64,000 nt of DNA from the human T2T-CHM13v2.0 reference genome, Homo sapiens, in the NCBI RefSeq assembly GCF_009914755.1, contig NC_060935.1, one strand, 5' to 3'. Below, piece after piece: positions 1 to 13,049 of the stretch. The notes under the pieces are model-generated. The model did no database searches and was not told where the DNA came from. It saw nothing but the letters and a program-made list of their open reading frames with translations. The stretch's first letter is position 1. Each line of letters starts with the position of its first letter. The position numbers and the translations under genes were made by a program.

Positions 1-239
1 CAGATGCTGGTTTGTCTTTTCCATTGCCGCAGAACTTCGGGCAGACTATGGAATGTTTTTTTAAGTGAGCATGAGTCACATATACAGATGGTTAGCACAT
101 ATTAGGTTCAGCAATATTTATCCAGTTTAATGAACTGCACTTCTTCATTGGTATCTGAATGTACCATCTTGTGAATGTACCATCTTTTAAATGTACCTCC
201 CAACTCCTCAGATGCCTACCTTATTTCTTCTTCAAAAAT

Positions 240-790
240 ACATTCCATTAAATAAATATATGGTGAGCATCTACTATGACAAAGTCTCTGAGGTCATTTT
301 TTAGGTGATACAAAGACAAGTAAAACAGTCTGTGACCTCAAGCATACAATTTACAAAGGAGAATAAGACGGCACTTAGAGACCTGTACAGAAAAGCAGAA
401 CATGACAAAGCCATTAGAAATACCAAGCATGTCTCCTGGAGGGTAAGAGGACAGTGAGCCCTTGAAGCAAGTTGGGGGGATTGGGAATGATTTTACAGGA
501 TGGTCAGAGTTCGAAAGATGGGTAGGAATTCAACAGGAGTGAGAGGTAGAACACAAGCTTAGCTGAAAGAACAGCATAGAGAAAAGACAAGTTATTGGTT
601 ACTTGAAGAAGAGTTAGTGAAGAGCCTCAATGCCTAGCTAGGCAGCTTTATACCTAATTTCAGTGGGTGATGAGGACTACTAAAGGTAACTGAGTAGGGA
701 AGTGACATCATGATAGCTATAATGACTAGGCTGGGGCAGTGGGATATCAGTCCAGTTAGTAGATCAATAATCTGGACCACTTTGAGGAAA
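240..790 (-). mobile_element. L2 LINE fragment (degenerate)
   Basis: cattccattaaataaatatatggtgagcatctactatg resembles the reverse complement of the L2 3' end. Confidence 0.55.
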
Positions 791-862
791 AGCAAAGGCA
801 TCGTAGAGAAAAGAACCTTAATTTCAGGCCTTATTTTTAGTTGAAAATGGTCTGAGTTTGGT

Positions 863-864
<2 letters not shown>

Positions 865-906
<42 letters not shown>
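865..906. repeat. (TG)n microsatellite followed by GA-rich tract
   Basis: About 21 uninterrupted TG units. Confidence 0.95.
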
Positions 907-909
<3 letters not shown>

Positions 910-1276
910 ATAAGAGAGAAAAAATGAGAGAGAGTGAGTGAGAGAGAAGAGGAAGAGAACGATTTGGGTATGGACAATAAGCTAATAAATTGCTGAAATG
1001 ATAGCAATGCTCTAGCTTTCATGATATTTTACTTTGGGGGAGGTGGGGGATGAGCTCTGAGCACTTCAGCTCTCTTGTCCTCATCCAGTGTCCAGGGGTA
1101 GGTAGCAGGCTAGGGAGGACATGAAAATGCACTTCTGCTCCATCACCCATGCTGGCACATACACGGACTGTGGTTGTGTCTCTGAGATATCTGGCAGCCA
1201 ACAGTACATCCCTGTGTCAGATACTATGGCCAGGAACAGCCAGGGGTCACTCATGAGGCTGCTTCCTGTTTTGCAG

Positions 1277-1522
1277 TTTCCAGTGGGTTTTTTGGAGGCC
1301 AGTGGCATGAAATTCATCCTCAGTACTGGACCAAGTACCAGGTGTGGGAGTGGCTCCAGCACCTCCTGGACACCAACCAGCTGGATGCCAATTGTATCCC
1401 TTTCCAAGAGTTCGACATCAACGGCGAGCACCTCTGCAGCATGAGTTTGCAGGAGTTCACCCGGGCGGCAGGGACGGCGGGGCAGCTCCTCTACAGCAAC
1501 TTGCAGCATCTGAAGTGGAACG
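1277..1522 (+). CDS. EHF: EHF coding exon (246 bp), Pointed/SAM domain: (V)SSGFFGGQWHEIHPQYWTKYQVWEWLQHLLD...LQHLKWN(G)
   Basis: Acceptor ttgcag at 1271-1276, donor gtgact at 1523; translation matches remembered human EHF; overlaps ORF 1342..1560. Confidence 0.97.
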
Positions 1523-1951
1523 GTGACTCTCTCTTTCTGTGTCTCTCCCTACCCTGCTAGGAGCCAGCTGGAAGAATAGAGATTCTGCAGATGACAGGAT
1601 TCTTTGTCAGGGACAAGAAAGAGTGGTCTCACCTCCAAATTACCATGTCCCAAGACAGAGAAATGGAAGGAAGATGAAAGGACAGGATTGAAGCATAGGG
1701 TACCTGGTGTGCCTAATCCCTTATAAATGCCAGTGTAATTTAATTCTTTCCTTATGGTGATAATTTTCAAGAAGACAAAAGCTGGCTAGGAATTCGTAGA
1801 ATACTTACTATCCTTGGAAAATGTTTTCTTTCCTTTGCAAACAGTCCAGTCACTTGCTTGTTAAAAAGATCATCATGGTTACAAAAAAAAAAACAAAAAA
1901 CAAAAAACAAAACAAAACAAAACCCCCCCCCCACACACACACAAAGAACCT

Positions 1952-2110
1952 TCTAGACCTAGGTTCTTAAGATAGGGTCCTAAGGGTGGTAAGAAGATAT
2001 ATGAAATTAGAACTATGTTTGTGTTTTGGGAGGGGAAAAAACTCACAATACTTCAGCAGATTCTTAAAAGGTCTGTAACTTAAAAAAAGGGTTAGAACAT
2101 ATGGTCTAGA
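1952..2110. mobile_element. hAT-Charlie-like MITE remnant; related copy at ~9457-9624
   Basis: Both copies bounded by tctag(a) and share tgtg..tttt..gg(a)gagg...attc..aaagg layout. Confidence 0.45.
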
Positions 2111-2984
2111 CACGTGTATGGGGAATGTTTCTGTGGTGGTTTCTGGAATTTCTGTTGCCCTAATGCCCCAGATGTCTCTCTGAGGCTTCCCCTAGCACAG
2201 GGATGGGCCACCATTCCAGATGTTGTCTTTGAGTGGTAGATTATTCATACACGAACATATCCTATACTGACATGTAAGACCTAGTAGGGTGGACAACTGA
2301 CCTTGCAGAATGGTTTTGACACTGGCATAAGGTTCCCCTGATAGTGGCTGTAAAAATCTAGCTCTTCTGAGAACTATGGGCATCCTGAAAAGTAGCAATA
2401 TTTAAGAACAGGGAGTTGGCCTGTCTGCACTGGAAAAGGCATTTATGTCTTGGTAGAACCCATGTTTGGGCAAGTAACCGGGACTTGGGCGGCATGAGCT
2501 CCAGGGCTGTGAACCAGAGTCATACCCTGGCAACAGCCATCAACACTGAAGAGGACCTGGGGCCTTGCAGCAGAGCTTGTGGCTGCGGTGGCCATTTTAG
2601 ATGATGTCATTCAGCTCCCTGGCCATGCCCTGCTTCCCACCCACCTCACATTGGTGGCTGCTCTTTTTTCTTTGACTAGAATCAAACCAAACAAGGCTCT
2701 ATAAATAACCCTCAGGGATCTTCAAAAAGATCAGACTTACACTTGAAGAATTAAAAATATTTACCTCCACCCCCCAATTAAATCCACTCCTTTAAAGCTT
2801 TGCCCTGATTGAGGTCTGAGGCAGGGAGGCCTGGGAGGTGCTGTGGCCATCTTAGACCTTCTGTCTCTGACTTCCCATGACTTGTTTGGTCTCATCGCAT
2901 GCTGCTGTAGCCTCTGAGTTCCTAATGTCCAGGCAGATTGCTCACTCTTTTGTTGTTTGCCTTTGTGTAGACCTTCTATCAACT

Positions 2985-3130
2985 AACATTTATTGAGTAT
3001 TTACTTATACTAGGCACTGTAAGTGAATTAATTCATTTAATAACTTTATGACAAAGTAAATATTGTGCCCATTTTACAGGTGGGAAGACTGAATGTCAGA
3101 GAGGTTAAAGGCATGGCTTCTGTTCTTGAG
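2985..3130 (-). mobile_element. MIR
   Basis: MIR core cccattttacaggtgggaagactga..tcagagaggttaa. Confidence 0.7.
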
Positions 3131-3439
3131 ATGTTTAGAATCTGTCTGGGGAAGAAAACAGACTAGATTCATATGCATTTACAAATATATATATATATAT
3201 ATAAGCATACATATATATGCTTTTATATATGATAATGGGAGAGGAGTTGCAAGCAAACAAGGTCATGTGATGTGTACTGCTTGTACATGTGCTGAGGCAT
3301 AAATAAGGAAAGAGTCACCACATTTTATCCAGACATATCTCACAGATTGGATGTAATCATGATGGCATTGATTAGATTTTAAATCAAAGAAGAATCAAGC
3401 TAGTTAAAAAGGTTTTTCCCTACATTTTCATTTTCATAT

Positions 3440-3600
3440 CATATCTTAGTATGGGAAAGCACCTTAGAAGTCATCTAGTGACCTTATCTAGTTTAATCTT
3501 GTTACAGATGGGGAAACTGAGACCCAGAAAGGTAAAGTGCACACACCTTCCTCATAGCTAGTAGTTGAAAAACTGGGCTTCTGAAGTTCTATTTCCACCA
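3440..3600 (-). mobile_element. MIR
   Basis: ttacagatggggaaactgagacccagaaaggtaaagtg. Confidence 0.7.
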
Positions 3601-3856
3601 TACTGAATGCCTTTACTATACCACATCAAATAATTGCTTCTAAGGTAGTGCCTTAGATTCCCAATTTTCTGGGGTCAGAGACTGCAGGCTTGAGTTTGTA
3701 GAGGCTGACAGAGAAACCACCTCCCATAAACAAACATAGGTGACCAGGCAGTAGGATGGCAGAAGCTCTGCAAAGATGCCAGTTCTGTCCTTATTTAAGC
3801 ATCCAGTTCTGGCTCCATCTGGGCCCTCTCTGACTATCCCAATCTGTCCTTCACAG

Positions 3857-3919
3857 GCCAGTGCAGTAGTGACCTGTTCCAGTCCACACACAATGTCATT
3901 GTCAAGACTGAACAAACTG
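3857..3919 (+). CDS. EHF: EHF coding exon (63 bp): (G)QCSSDLFQSTHNVIVKTEQT
   Basis: ttcacag acceptor, gtgagt donor at 3920; keeps frame with previous exon. Confidence 0.96.
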
Positions 3920-6377
3920 GTGAGTAGTAGTGGACAAAGGGAGCCAACCTAGCCTGGCAAAGCTCCGGGGAGGACAGTTGGGAGAGGGCAAGAGAGAATG
4001 TGGGGGCAAGTTTTTGCAGGAAACACAGGGAGGCCTTTTCCCTGGCTGTCTCTGATGGGCCACCCCCACCATGAATCTCATTCTTGCCCTTGCGACCAGT
4101 GACTGCCACCTATTTCCAATTTATAGACTTATGGGGAGCCACACTTCTCTGCCTCCTACTCCTGGTTGTGGCATCATCCAGACCTCAGGCCAGCAGCCAA
4201 GGAAAAGCAGAATATATGGTGGGCCTCCCCACCTTAAAAAGTGTCAGGGGAGTGGCCAAGTTTGGAAAGAGAAGAGGAAGGGGCAATGTCTCCTCTTCTC
4301 TCCCTCCTCCCTTGATGGGTGTGTGTTTCACAAAAAGGGTGAATATACTAACTTGGTATTGTAGTTAACAAATTTTTAGGGGCCCTGGGGAGCTTCTGCA
4401 GAGATGTACAAAGGTACCTGCAACCCAGCTCCTGCCTTAGGTGTGTTTTTATATGAAGGACAAAATGCTGGGCTCTGAGCAGAGTCTACAGTCCCATAGC
4501 ATCTACATTCATTTTCGTTTCCTTTCCCCTGTCCTAAATCTCTCTCCTGGAGACTGTCCTCCAAAGTCCATGAGCCATCATAAAACTGTGCAGCAACTAT
4601 TGCTCCTAAGTCACTCCCCATGTTCATGCCTGGGAGCCTGGGAGCCACGTGGGCCAACCAAGCTTTCCATAGACCTCCCTGAGGATGTGTCCCAGTCACC
4701 AAGGACAGAATTTGACCTGCAGGTGATTTGTGAGTCACTTGGGGCCAAAATTGGCCCATGCAGTTATTTACCCTTTCATAAGTGGGCTGGCCTACCATTA
4801 TTAAAGAAAAAAGCAATAGCTGCTAAGCATGCAAATTAGGCTTTGCTAGCCCTGCCTTTCTCTTCAGAGGCCAGGGGATGGGCCATCTGGATGTTCTGTG
4901 CTTTACAGGCCTGGCCTTGCCCTAGAGATGGATGCAGGACTTGGTCAGGAGGATGGCACCCCCTCCCCTGCTTGACCTGTCAGATAGCCCCACCGAAGGA
5001 GCCAGGGTAATACTGGAGAGGTCCCAAATAACTTGATAATTCCTTCTTGACCATCCAGACATTCTTGTGTTGCCAGTTCAGAAAAGCTGAGTGGAAGGGT
5101 GGAGAAGAAGGTCCACCCTAGGAGGAGGGGAGAAGAAGCTCATAGAGGGGCCAACACCCCCATACCTCTTTGGTTCAGTTTGTTTTCAGAGACAACAACA
5201 GGTGTACAAGGTGACCCAACAAGGAGAGAGGGTGTAACCCCAAGAGATTGGGCTTGGGGTGTCCAAACATGTAGCTATTAGCTAAAATACCGGCTAAATC
5301 CCTATGTCGTAAACACGAGGACTTAGCCAGTAAGTCAGGTTTTGTATCATTTGTGCTATAAAAACAAAATGAAACTCAGTCAGTGGCTTACACCCCGGCC
5401 CTAAAACTCAGAACCCAGCAAGGAGGGGAGCTGAGGGTAACCTAGGTCTGCAGTGAGGAGAAAGCAGGAAGTTTCTGGTGAGGACGAGGTGAGAGATCTT
5501 ACAGCTTTTGGCTAGCCAAGAAACAAAATGCTTCTGTTGGAGACCAGCCCAGATCTGGGGGTTGCGTAGGAGTTGAGCTCCATTTGGGGTAGGTGGAGGG
5601 GAGTTCCCTTTGAATCTGAAATCTGAAGAGTCAGTCAAAGTGAGAGGTGTTTACCGCAGCACACAGAAGAAAGAGAAAGAGAGACAGAGTACAAGAGCAC
5701 TTCTTTTCTGCGATGGGGCAGTGGGGCTTCACTCTTAAAAGGTGTTTGTTTGATTTAGTAACACAGTCCACCCCTTCTCCTTGGTTTTGTTTTGAGAATT
5801 TTATGTCATCCTTTAAGCTAATTGGAAAAATCCTAGAGGGAGGGGGCTGTCACCCAACTTGGATGACAAATCTCTGGATTTCAGCAAGGAAGAAACTGTG
5901 ATAAGATTGACAAGACTCTTCCTGAAAGAAATATCATTAACCCCCCAAGGCCTCATTAATTATTTATTATACATTTAAATAATTAAATCCTAACAAGGCC
6001 TTCCCCCCCACCACACTCTAGGGTAAAAATATTCTGGTGATTATGCAGTAGAATGCAGAACAAAGCCAAGCCAGGTTAGGAAAATTCCCAGGAACCACTT
6101 GGTCTAGGACAGGTTCCCATTCTTGCAACTTCTCTCACTTCCCTAAAAATGCAATAGGTACAGAACACATGGATGAGGCCATTTCCCCGAGGATGCTGAA
6201 AGGAAAATTAGACAACATTATTATAAAGTAACGCAGCTGAAGCAGAATCATATCCCTTGTCTCTGAGGACCACTCCTCACCCCCCATACTTTGTTGATGA
6301 ACAATGAATTAGAAAACGCAGCCTCTTCTCCCTGGGGAAAATGATCGCTGACTATTCTCCTTCTCTATTTTTTGTAG

Positions 6378-6446
6378 AGCCTTCCATCATGAACACCTGG
6401 AAAGACGAGAACTATTTATATGACACCAACTATGGTAGCACAGTAG
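6378..6446 (+). CDS. EHF: EHF coding exon (69 bp): (E)PSIMNTWKDENYLYDTNYGSTV
   Basis: ttttttgtag acceptor, gtaact donor at 6447; frame preserved. Confidence 0.96.
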
Positions 6447-6572
6447 GTAACTAACTCCCTGACACTTAAGGCCCTTTACATTCTTATTCAGTTTGTCTAA
6501 GAGCCACAGTGTTCTATTGTGAGGTGGGGGGAGGGGGTGCTCTAAATGTCCTTTATCTTTTCATGGCCACAG

Positions 6573-6641
6573 ATTTGTTGGACAGCAAAACTTTCTGCCG
6601 GGCTCAGATCTCCATGACAACCACCAGTCACCTTCCTGTTG
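6573..6641 (+). CDS. EHF: EHF coding exon (69 bp): (D)LLDSKTFCRAQISMTTTSHLPV; probably the 23-aa cassette separating the 300-aa and 277-aa isoforms
   Basis: ccacag acceptor, gtaagc donor at 6642; follows a 126-bp intron; isoform assignment from memory. Confidence 0.95.
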
Positions 6642-7975
6642 GTAAGCTGTCATCACATCTGAGGCTGGGTATGCCTAATGCTTAGGGAGAATCAGTGGGA
6701 ATTACCAACACTCTACATTTCTGCCTTTCTGGAGTCTTTCTAATTAAAGGGCTAGGAAAGGGATGGGGTTACCATTAGACGAGGTTTGCTTTTGAGGCAA
6801 TATTTGTACATCGAAGATGACCCGTAGGGATCCTCTAGGCAAAATGTTGGTCTCCTACGAAACTAGTCACTCTGTTGTGACAATAAAAGTTGTTTAGGCT
6901 TTTCTTTATTTTCAATGAAAACTTACTCTTGCAATATAGCTGCTAAAATTATTCATATTTGGGTATACTTATGGGAAATAAGGCTATATTTAATTTTCAA
7001 CAAACTACATTTGGCTTTAGAGAAAGAATACCTCATAGTAAAATTCAAAGGTCCGTGAACCTATAGTGATAGTTTCTGGGTGAAGGGGTAGCCATTGGAA
7101 ACTTCCAGAATCCCCACAGTTACACTATTTTGTCAGTTTTTAAGTCTAATTCCGATGACTCATCAGTGCTCTCTAATCAGTCAGAGCACCTGCATTTTAT
7201 GAGTTACGTTCACTTTAGCTGCATTTGGTTAAGCTTGGATGCAACTGGGGCTATCCATGCTCCTTAACCAAGGTTACACTGGGTGAGAAGTTTGGGATGT
7301 TGGGAGTCTGGGAGAGGGGATTTCAGATTACCACCCCCACCTACAAATAGGTGCATTGGCGTGTACAGTGTGGGAAATGGTTGAAAGAGGATCTTATGGT
7401 TTCCCGTGATCTGAGTATGAACTTGTGGATCTCTTTGGGTCTATGAAATGGCACTTAGACATCAGTCACAAGTGATAGTGCCTCTCTCCTGGAATTAAAT
7501 TTGGAGCAACTTCAGAAATGGGATTTAATTGGGTCTTTGTGAAAGAAATTAGTCTGCAACCCTTCCTTCCTCTTTTTTTCTGTTTTTGTTTTTGCTTTTG
7601 AGAACTGAAATAATGAAAGGTTTTGGTTTGAGGTTTTGTTTGGGTCAAGCCCCTTAAATGAGATGGGGCTGGGAGCCAATGTAAATGCTTGTGGAATTGA
7701 GATTAAGAGCTGAGGCCAGCATAGCTCTCGACTTCTCCTTCCCCCAGTGGTCCTTAGCATTATATGTCACTTGAAGTATTTGTTAAAATTAGGGAATAGA
7801 TCAAACACTGGCAAGGCTTGGCTGTGTATTTGCTATTCTGGGGGAACTGAGCCAACCGGGGTAAAATTTCTGTGGCAATCATTGCCACTCAGTCAAGACC
7901 ATGGGGTTCAGGGCTGAGGAAACCTCCCAAGTCACACTCTGAGTTCCTCTGCGACTTCCTACAGTGTCATCTCCC

Positions 7976-8018
7976 ACATCCTTCCATCCTTCCATCCTTC
8001 CATCCTTCCATCCTTCCA
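7976..8018. repeat. (CATCCTTC)n short tandem repeat
   Basis: About five copies of an 8-bp unit. Confidence 0.85.
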
Positions 8019-10319
8019 CTTGGGTCTTTGACTTACGGCAAAAAATTCCAACTAAGAATAAAGCTGAACCAACCACTTCCTGAGCCTCAGGGGCTAGTAG
8101 GTCTTGAGGCACCCGGGAAACAAAAACATCATAGTTACAGCTCTGCTGCCCTGAGAGCTGGGCCATCCTCTTTTCTACATCTTGACTTACACCTTCTAGA
8201 ATCTCAAAATCAATAGGGGCCTTAGAGGCCAGTTTCTGCTTTTGCATTTGCAGTAGCAAGGAACTCGCTCTCTCCTGAGTCCACCGATTGTATTTTTCAA
8301 TAGTCCTTCTTAAGATGGGCTCAGGAATCTTCTCTCCTTACCCTTCTGATCCTTGTTTGCTGCAGCTCCCCATTTCTATCCTGTGATTGTAACCCAGGCT
8401 GGAAAATGAGATCAATCACCCAGGCCCTAAAGAATCAATGCAGTCTCTGGGGTTGGTGTATTCATTGGGGTAATAGCCCTTCAGTAGGATAGTTAATTAC
8501 AGCCTTATATGGGTCAGTTTCTTTCAGAATAGTTTATAGTCTCTACTGCATGGAAGCAGAACCCCGGAAAAACCTTGGTCATTTGCCTGAGTCTTTATTT
8601 TTCGAGCTCCCATGTAATTGAATGCAGTGAAATATCTTTCTATGTTTTAATGCTAGTTACCAGCTGAGCTAAGGCGAGGCCCAGCGTAAACTGATGCCCT
8701 CTGTGATAAACGCAGGTGGGGAAATAGGCTTTGTTTTGATTTCTCTGTCATCTGCCCATTTCATAAAATGCCCGCTGCCGGTGTCCTGTTCTGCTCGACA
8801 GTCCTCCAGCCTGTCATGCCAGCTCGGGCTTGATGTGTTTATCCACTGACTTGTTGAGCCTAAAGCTAGGGTGGCACGGTCTATTAGAACACTGAAATTT
8901 GTATATCCCGTAAAGAAATGGCTCACAGCTGAATCATATGCAAATGCTTCTAATCTTTGCTTCTTGCGAAGCAGCTTAGCTGAAGTCACGCTCTCTCACT
9001 TGCATCACAAACCTGTGGCTTGTTGCTGCCCCTGCCTGGACTGGATAGGACCTTGGCCTGGAGTGCCTGGGAGCCAAGCAAGAGAAAGCCAGGCTGGACA
9101 ACTTCTCCAGGGCAAGCCATTATTTTATAAGAATGAATCACTTAACCACATGGCTAACTTCAAAGGTCTTGACTTTTATCCTAGGGCAGAAGAAGGACAC
9201 ATATTAAAGAGAGGTTAAAGATCAAAAGATATCAGTGGTAAAGCAGGCCAGTGATTCCACGGCTTACCCCTGCACACTGCAACAGGCAGAGAGGTCTGGA
9301 AGAAATTAGGTTCTTCTTTTGCCTTTGACTGCTTATTCCCCTTTATGATGATGGAAAGATTTTTATTTGGGGATTAAAAAAAGAACGTTCCTAGCTGGGT
9401 GGAGCCTAGCTTGGGTAAACGGCTGACAACTCAAAGAATATTTCCTCATGGTTTATCTAGTGTAGAGGTTTTAGAGTCCATGGACTGCTGCATGGGCCAC
9501 AGCCCCCTGAAATTGTTGACAAAATTTCATGTGTACATATATGTGCATTTTTTTCTGAGGAGAGGGTCCAAGGTTTTCGTCTTATTCACAAAGGCACCTG
9601 AACTCTGAAGTAACTGATTCTAGATCAACTAGGAACCCACAAACAATAATTGAGGCCAATATACTGAGAGACTCTTGTATTTTTCTGAATTCAACTCCTG
9701 GCTCTGAAATAATGGCCCTGCATCCCTCCTGGATGTCATTTGAAAATGAGCTTTGCTTGTGGCCTGCTGGGTAAATGCCACTCTTTGTCTGCAGTACAAC
9801 GTGGCCCTGTCAGAGTGATGTATCACTTGGAAACCGGGGTGGATGCCAGACCTGTCGCAATATTGTCACATCCTGATGGGATGTTGCAACCTCACCCTGC
9901 AACCTACAGGGAGGGAGAGTGAAGTCTCCTTGCATTTCCTGTGAATTTGTCCTCTCGGATTTCAGAGAAACCCAAGTCAGGTGCAGGCCCTGCTAGTGAC
10001 AATGCCAGGAGAGAAATTCTTAACCAGGATGAGAGGTTTCTTGTTTACTGAGGTCTTATTAAATCCCTCTCTCCATCCTGCCATGACGTTTCGAGAAATT
10101 GCTGGGAACACTGAGTCTTGATTAGCTGGGTGATAAGATGGTTGAAAGGGCCCATGAACGTTGGGAAATATAGAATTGTCAGATTGAAATTATCTTTTCT
10201 ACTAACAAGAGCATTACAGAAGTGAACCTGATTCTTGGCAAGAAAGGCTTGTGTGAAATCTGTTATGTGCAAAGGGAGATTATGTGCCGGCCACCATTTC
10301 TGGAAATGACATAGAATCA

Positions 10320-10560
10320 TGGTTATGAGTAAAGCTTCTGGATTCAAACTGTTTGTGTTCATATCCTGGCTCCACATTCCAGCTGTGTGACTCTAGTCAA
10401 GTCATTTGACCCCTCTGTTTCTCAGATCCTCCACAGCTGAAAACTGTGGATCATATTAGTACCTGTGTCATAGAGTTATTGTGTGAATTAAATAAAGTGA
10501 TTCATTTAAAGTGCTTAGTACAGTGCCTGGTACATAGTAAGTGCTCAATAAACAGTAGCT
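10320..10560 (+). mobile_element. MIR
   Basis: agctgtgtgactctagtcaagtcatttgacccctctgtttctcag ... gtgcttagtacagtgcctggtacatagtaagtgctcaataaa. Confidence 0.8.
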
Positions 10561-10873
10561 TTTTTTTCTTAACCAATTTAATTAGGAGCTAATGGCTGGC
10601 AGTTCATAGCTTTTTTGAATAATAGGCTTCTCCTGATAATTGAATGGATGCTGTGAACCCTCTCCCTTCATATATGGTTTCAGTCAGTCCAGGGGCCCTT
10701 GAAGGCCACACTGGGTCAGTGGACCCTAGTTTAGGAAGGGCACATGAAAGAGATCAGTTTTACTGGCCCAATTTCTTAAAATAATTGGCTTGTATTTAGG
10801 GACTACTTTGTATTAAAATTGGCTGATTTTTGAGTGTGAGAGTCTTTGTAAGATCTACTTTGGTCCTCCCAAT

Positions 10874-10911
<38 letters not shown>

Positions 10912-10929
10912 TCACACTCACACACACAC
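10874..10929. repeat. (CA)n imperfect microsatellite
   Basis: Direct reading. Confidence 0.9.
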
Positions 10930-11269
10930 GGCTAGATCATTTAGTTTTCTTTCTGAGAAGAATTTTTATTTCCCAGGTCCGCCTCCATCATCTCCTCTTT
11001 GGTAATAGTCGCAGAGGTTGCCATAATGAGTCATTTGTTAAACTAATCTGTGTTTCCATAGTCCACTGTGGCCCTCTGTATTGAGCTTGGGCCACTCAAT
11101 GGCGCCTTTGTCAGGCTGATTAAAATGTAACTTTGCATGCCAAAAAAGGGCACTCCTCTGGCTTAAAAGTCATCTTCCTTTGTTATAAATGTTTACATTT
11201 TTCTATTATGCTAAAAAAAAAAACCACAAATTTTTCAATGATCTAAATCTTTCAATGGCTTCCATCTTT

Positions 11270-11670
11270 CTCAGAGTCATGTCCTTAAAAGTCCCATAAG
11301 GGATTAATGATCAGAACCTCAGCTCCTCCCTCTCTGCCTCTTACAGCATGCATATACCAAACACACATCAACCTCAGGGCCTTTGCACTTCTATGTTACA
11401 CATGGAAGGCTGTTGCACAAGCTCTCTGCATGACCTTTTCCCTCATATCCTTTAGGTCGTGGAATCAGAGAGGTCTCCTATGACCACCTTGTATCAAATT
11501 GCAAATTATTCCCAAGTCCATACATCTATCTCCATTTCTTAACCTGCATCATTTTTCTCCATAGCATTTATCATCTCTGTTTTGTTTGGTTCACTAGCAC
11601 ATACTCAAAGGTGCCAGGCATGCAGTAGGTGCTCAGTAAATATTGTTTAAATGAGTGGATGCATGAATAA
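11270..11670 (+). mobile_element. L2 3' end
   Basis: cctcagggcctttgcactt ... gtgccaggcatgcagtaggtgctcagtaaatattgtttaaatgagtggatgcatgaat. Confidence 0.7.
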
Positions 11671-11724
11671 AAAAGAGAATTATAGGAAATAGGTCAATTA
11701 AATGGCTCTCATTTTTCTCCTTAG

Positions 11725-11787
11725 CAGAGTCACCTGATATGAAAAAGGAGCAAGACCCCCCTGCCAAGTGCCACACCAAAAAGCACA
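11725..11787 (+). CDS. EHF: EHF coding exon (63 bp): (A)ESPDMKKEQDPPAKCHTKKH
   Basis: ctccttag acceptor, gtaagt donor at 11788; overlaps start of ORF 11739..12026. Confidence 0.96.
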
Positions 11788-12343
11788 GTAAGTTGGCTGG
11801 CTTTCAGATGGCCTTTGGTCCTTCCCATCACATCGGGCACATCTGGAGGCCACTAGTTTTTTGGCAAATATCGCCTCTGTCTGCTGCCTTCATGTCTTCA
11901 TCCCAAACAGGGTGGAGTGAGAAAATAGAGGCATCACTTGCTAGCAAAGTAAGCCCCCTCTGCAGCTGTTTCTCAAAGTGGAGCCCCACTGGACATTTCC
12001 TCCCTGTTCTGTCATATGTGCTCTAAAACTGAGACACCCAGTGCCTAAGAACTGCTTGCAGGCATGGGGTTAGCAATTTCCATCTCTCCCAGAAGAAAAG
12101 GGTGGGAAGAGGAGCGAGATAAGAAGAAACAGCTGAGATGTATCATCCTTTCTTTTGCTAAATGTTGGCCTCCTACCTTTGTGGAGTTACCATTCCAAGA
12201 AATGACTGTTTTTTCTTAAGATTCAACACTGCTCTTTGGGAGTTGGGTCTCCTTCAGTAATAAAATCTTATGAACATATACGAAATATCAGAGACATGGA
12301 ATTGTGGGTGGAACACAGAAAGAAATCAAGATGGTATAATCTA

Positions 12344-12645
<302 letters not shown>

Positions 12646-13049
12646 TTAGAATGTCTTTATCTGCTCTTTCACATAATCCCACAAAACCATATTAATGCAA
12701 CCCCTCGAAAGGTGGGTGGGGTGGGGGTGGGGCATCAAAAATTCAGTGGGAGTAAAGTTGAATTTGGTTGATAATCTTATTGCAGTAGTGGCTTCATTTT
12801 CAAATTGGGTCCTCCAGTCCCTGCGTGACCACCCCTTTCCCTACCACCCTCATCTATTCTGGGAGTAAACATTCTAGACCCTTACTGATTTGCATTTGGC
12901 TGAAACACAGTTGCTGGGTCAAAGCAATTTAATTGGTTGAGATACTGGATAAAAGTGGTTGAGAGTTGCTCTCTGGGGAAGTAACAGGTTGAAGTGAACC
13001 CCAAGCAATTTGTGGATAATAACTAGAAGAAACTTCCCCCTGGCTTAGG

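Noticed and set aside
156-197. Small tandem duplications (tgaatgtaccatctt here; also ~26300-26329 and ~60165-60213)
   Set aside because: Ordinary slippage-type micro-duplications with no sign of function
4071-4839. Overlapping 94-146 aa ORFs in an EHF intron
   Set aside because: No recognisable homology or exon structure; expected by chance
11739-12026. 95-aa ORF as a separate gene
   Set aside because: EHF exon frame running on into the intron past a consensus gtaagt donor
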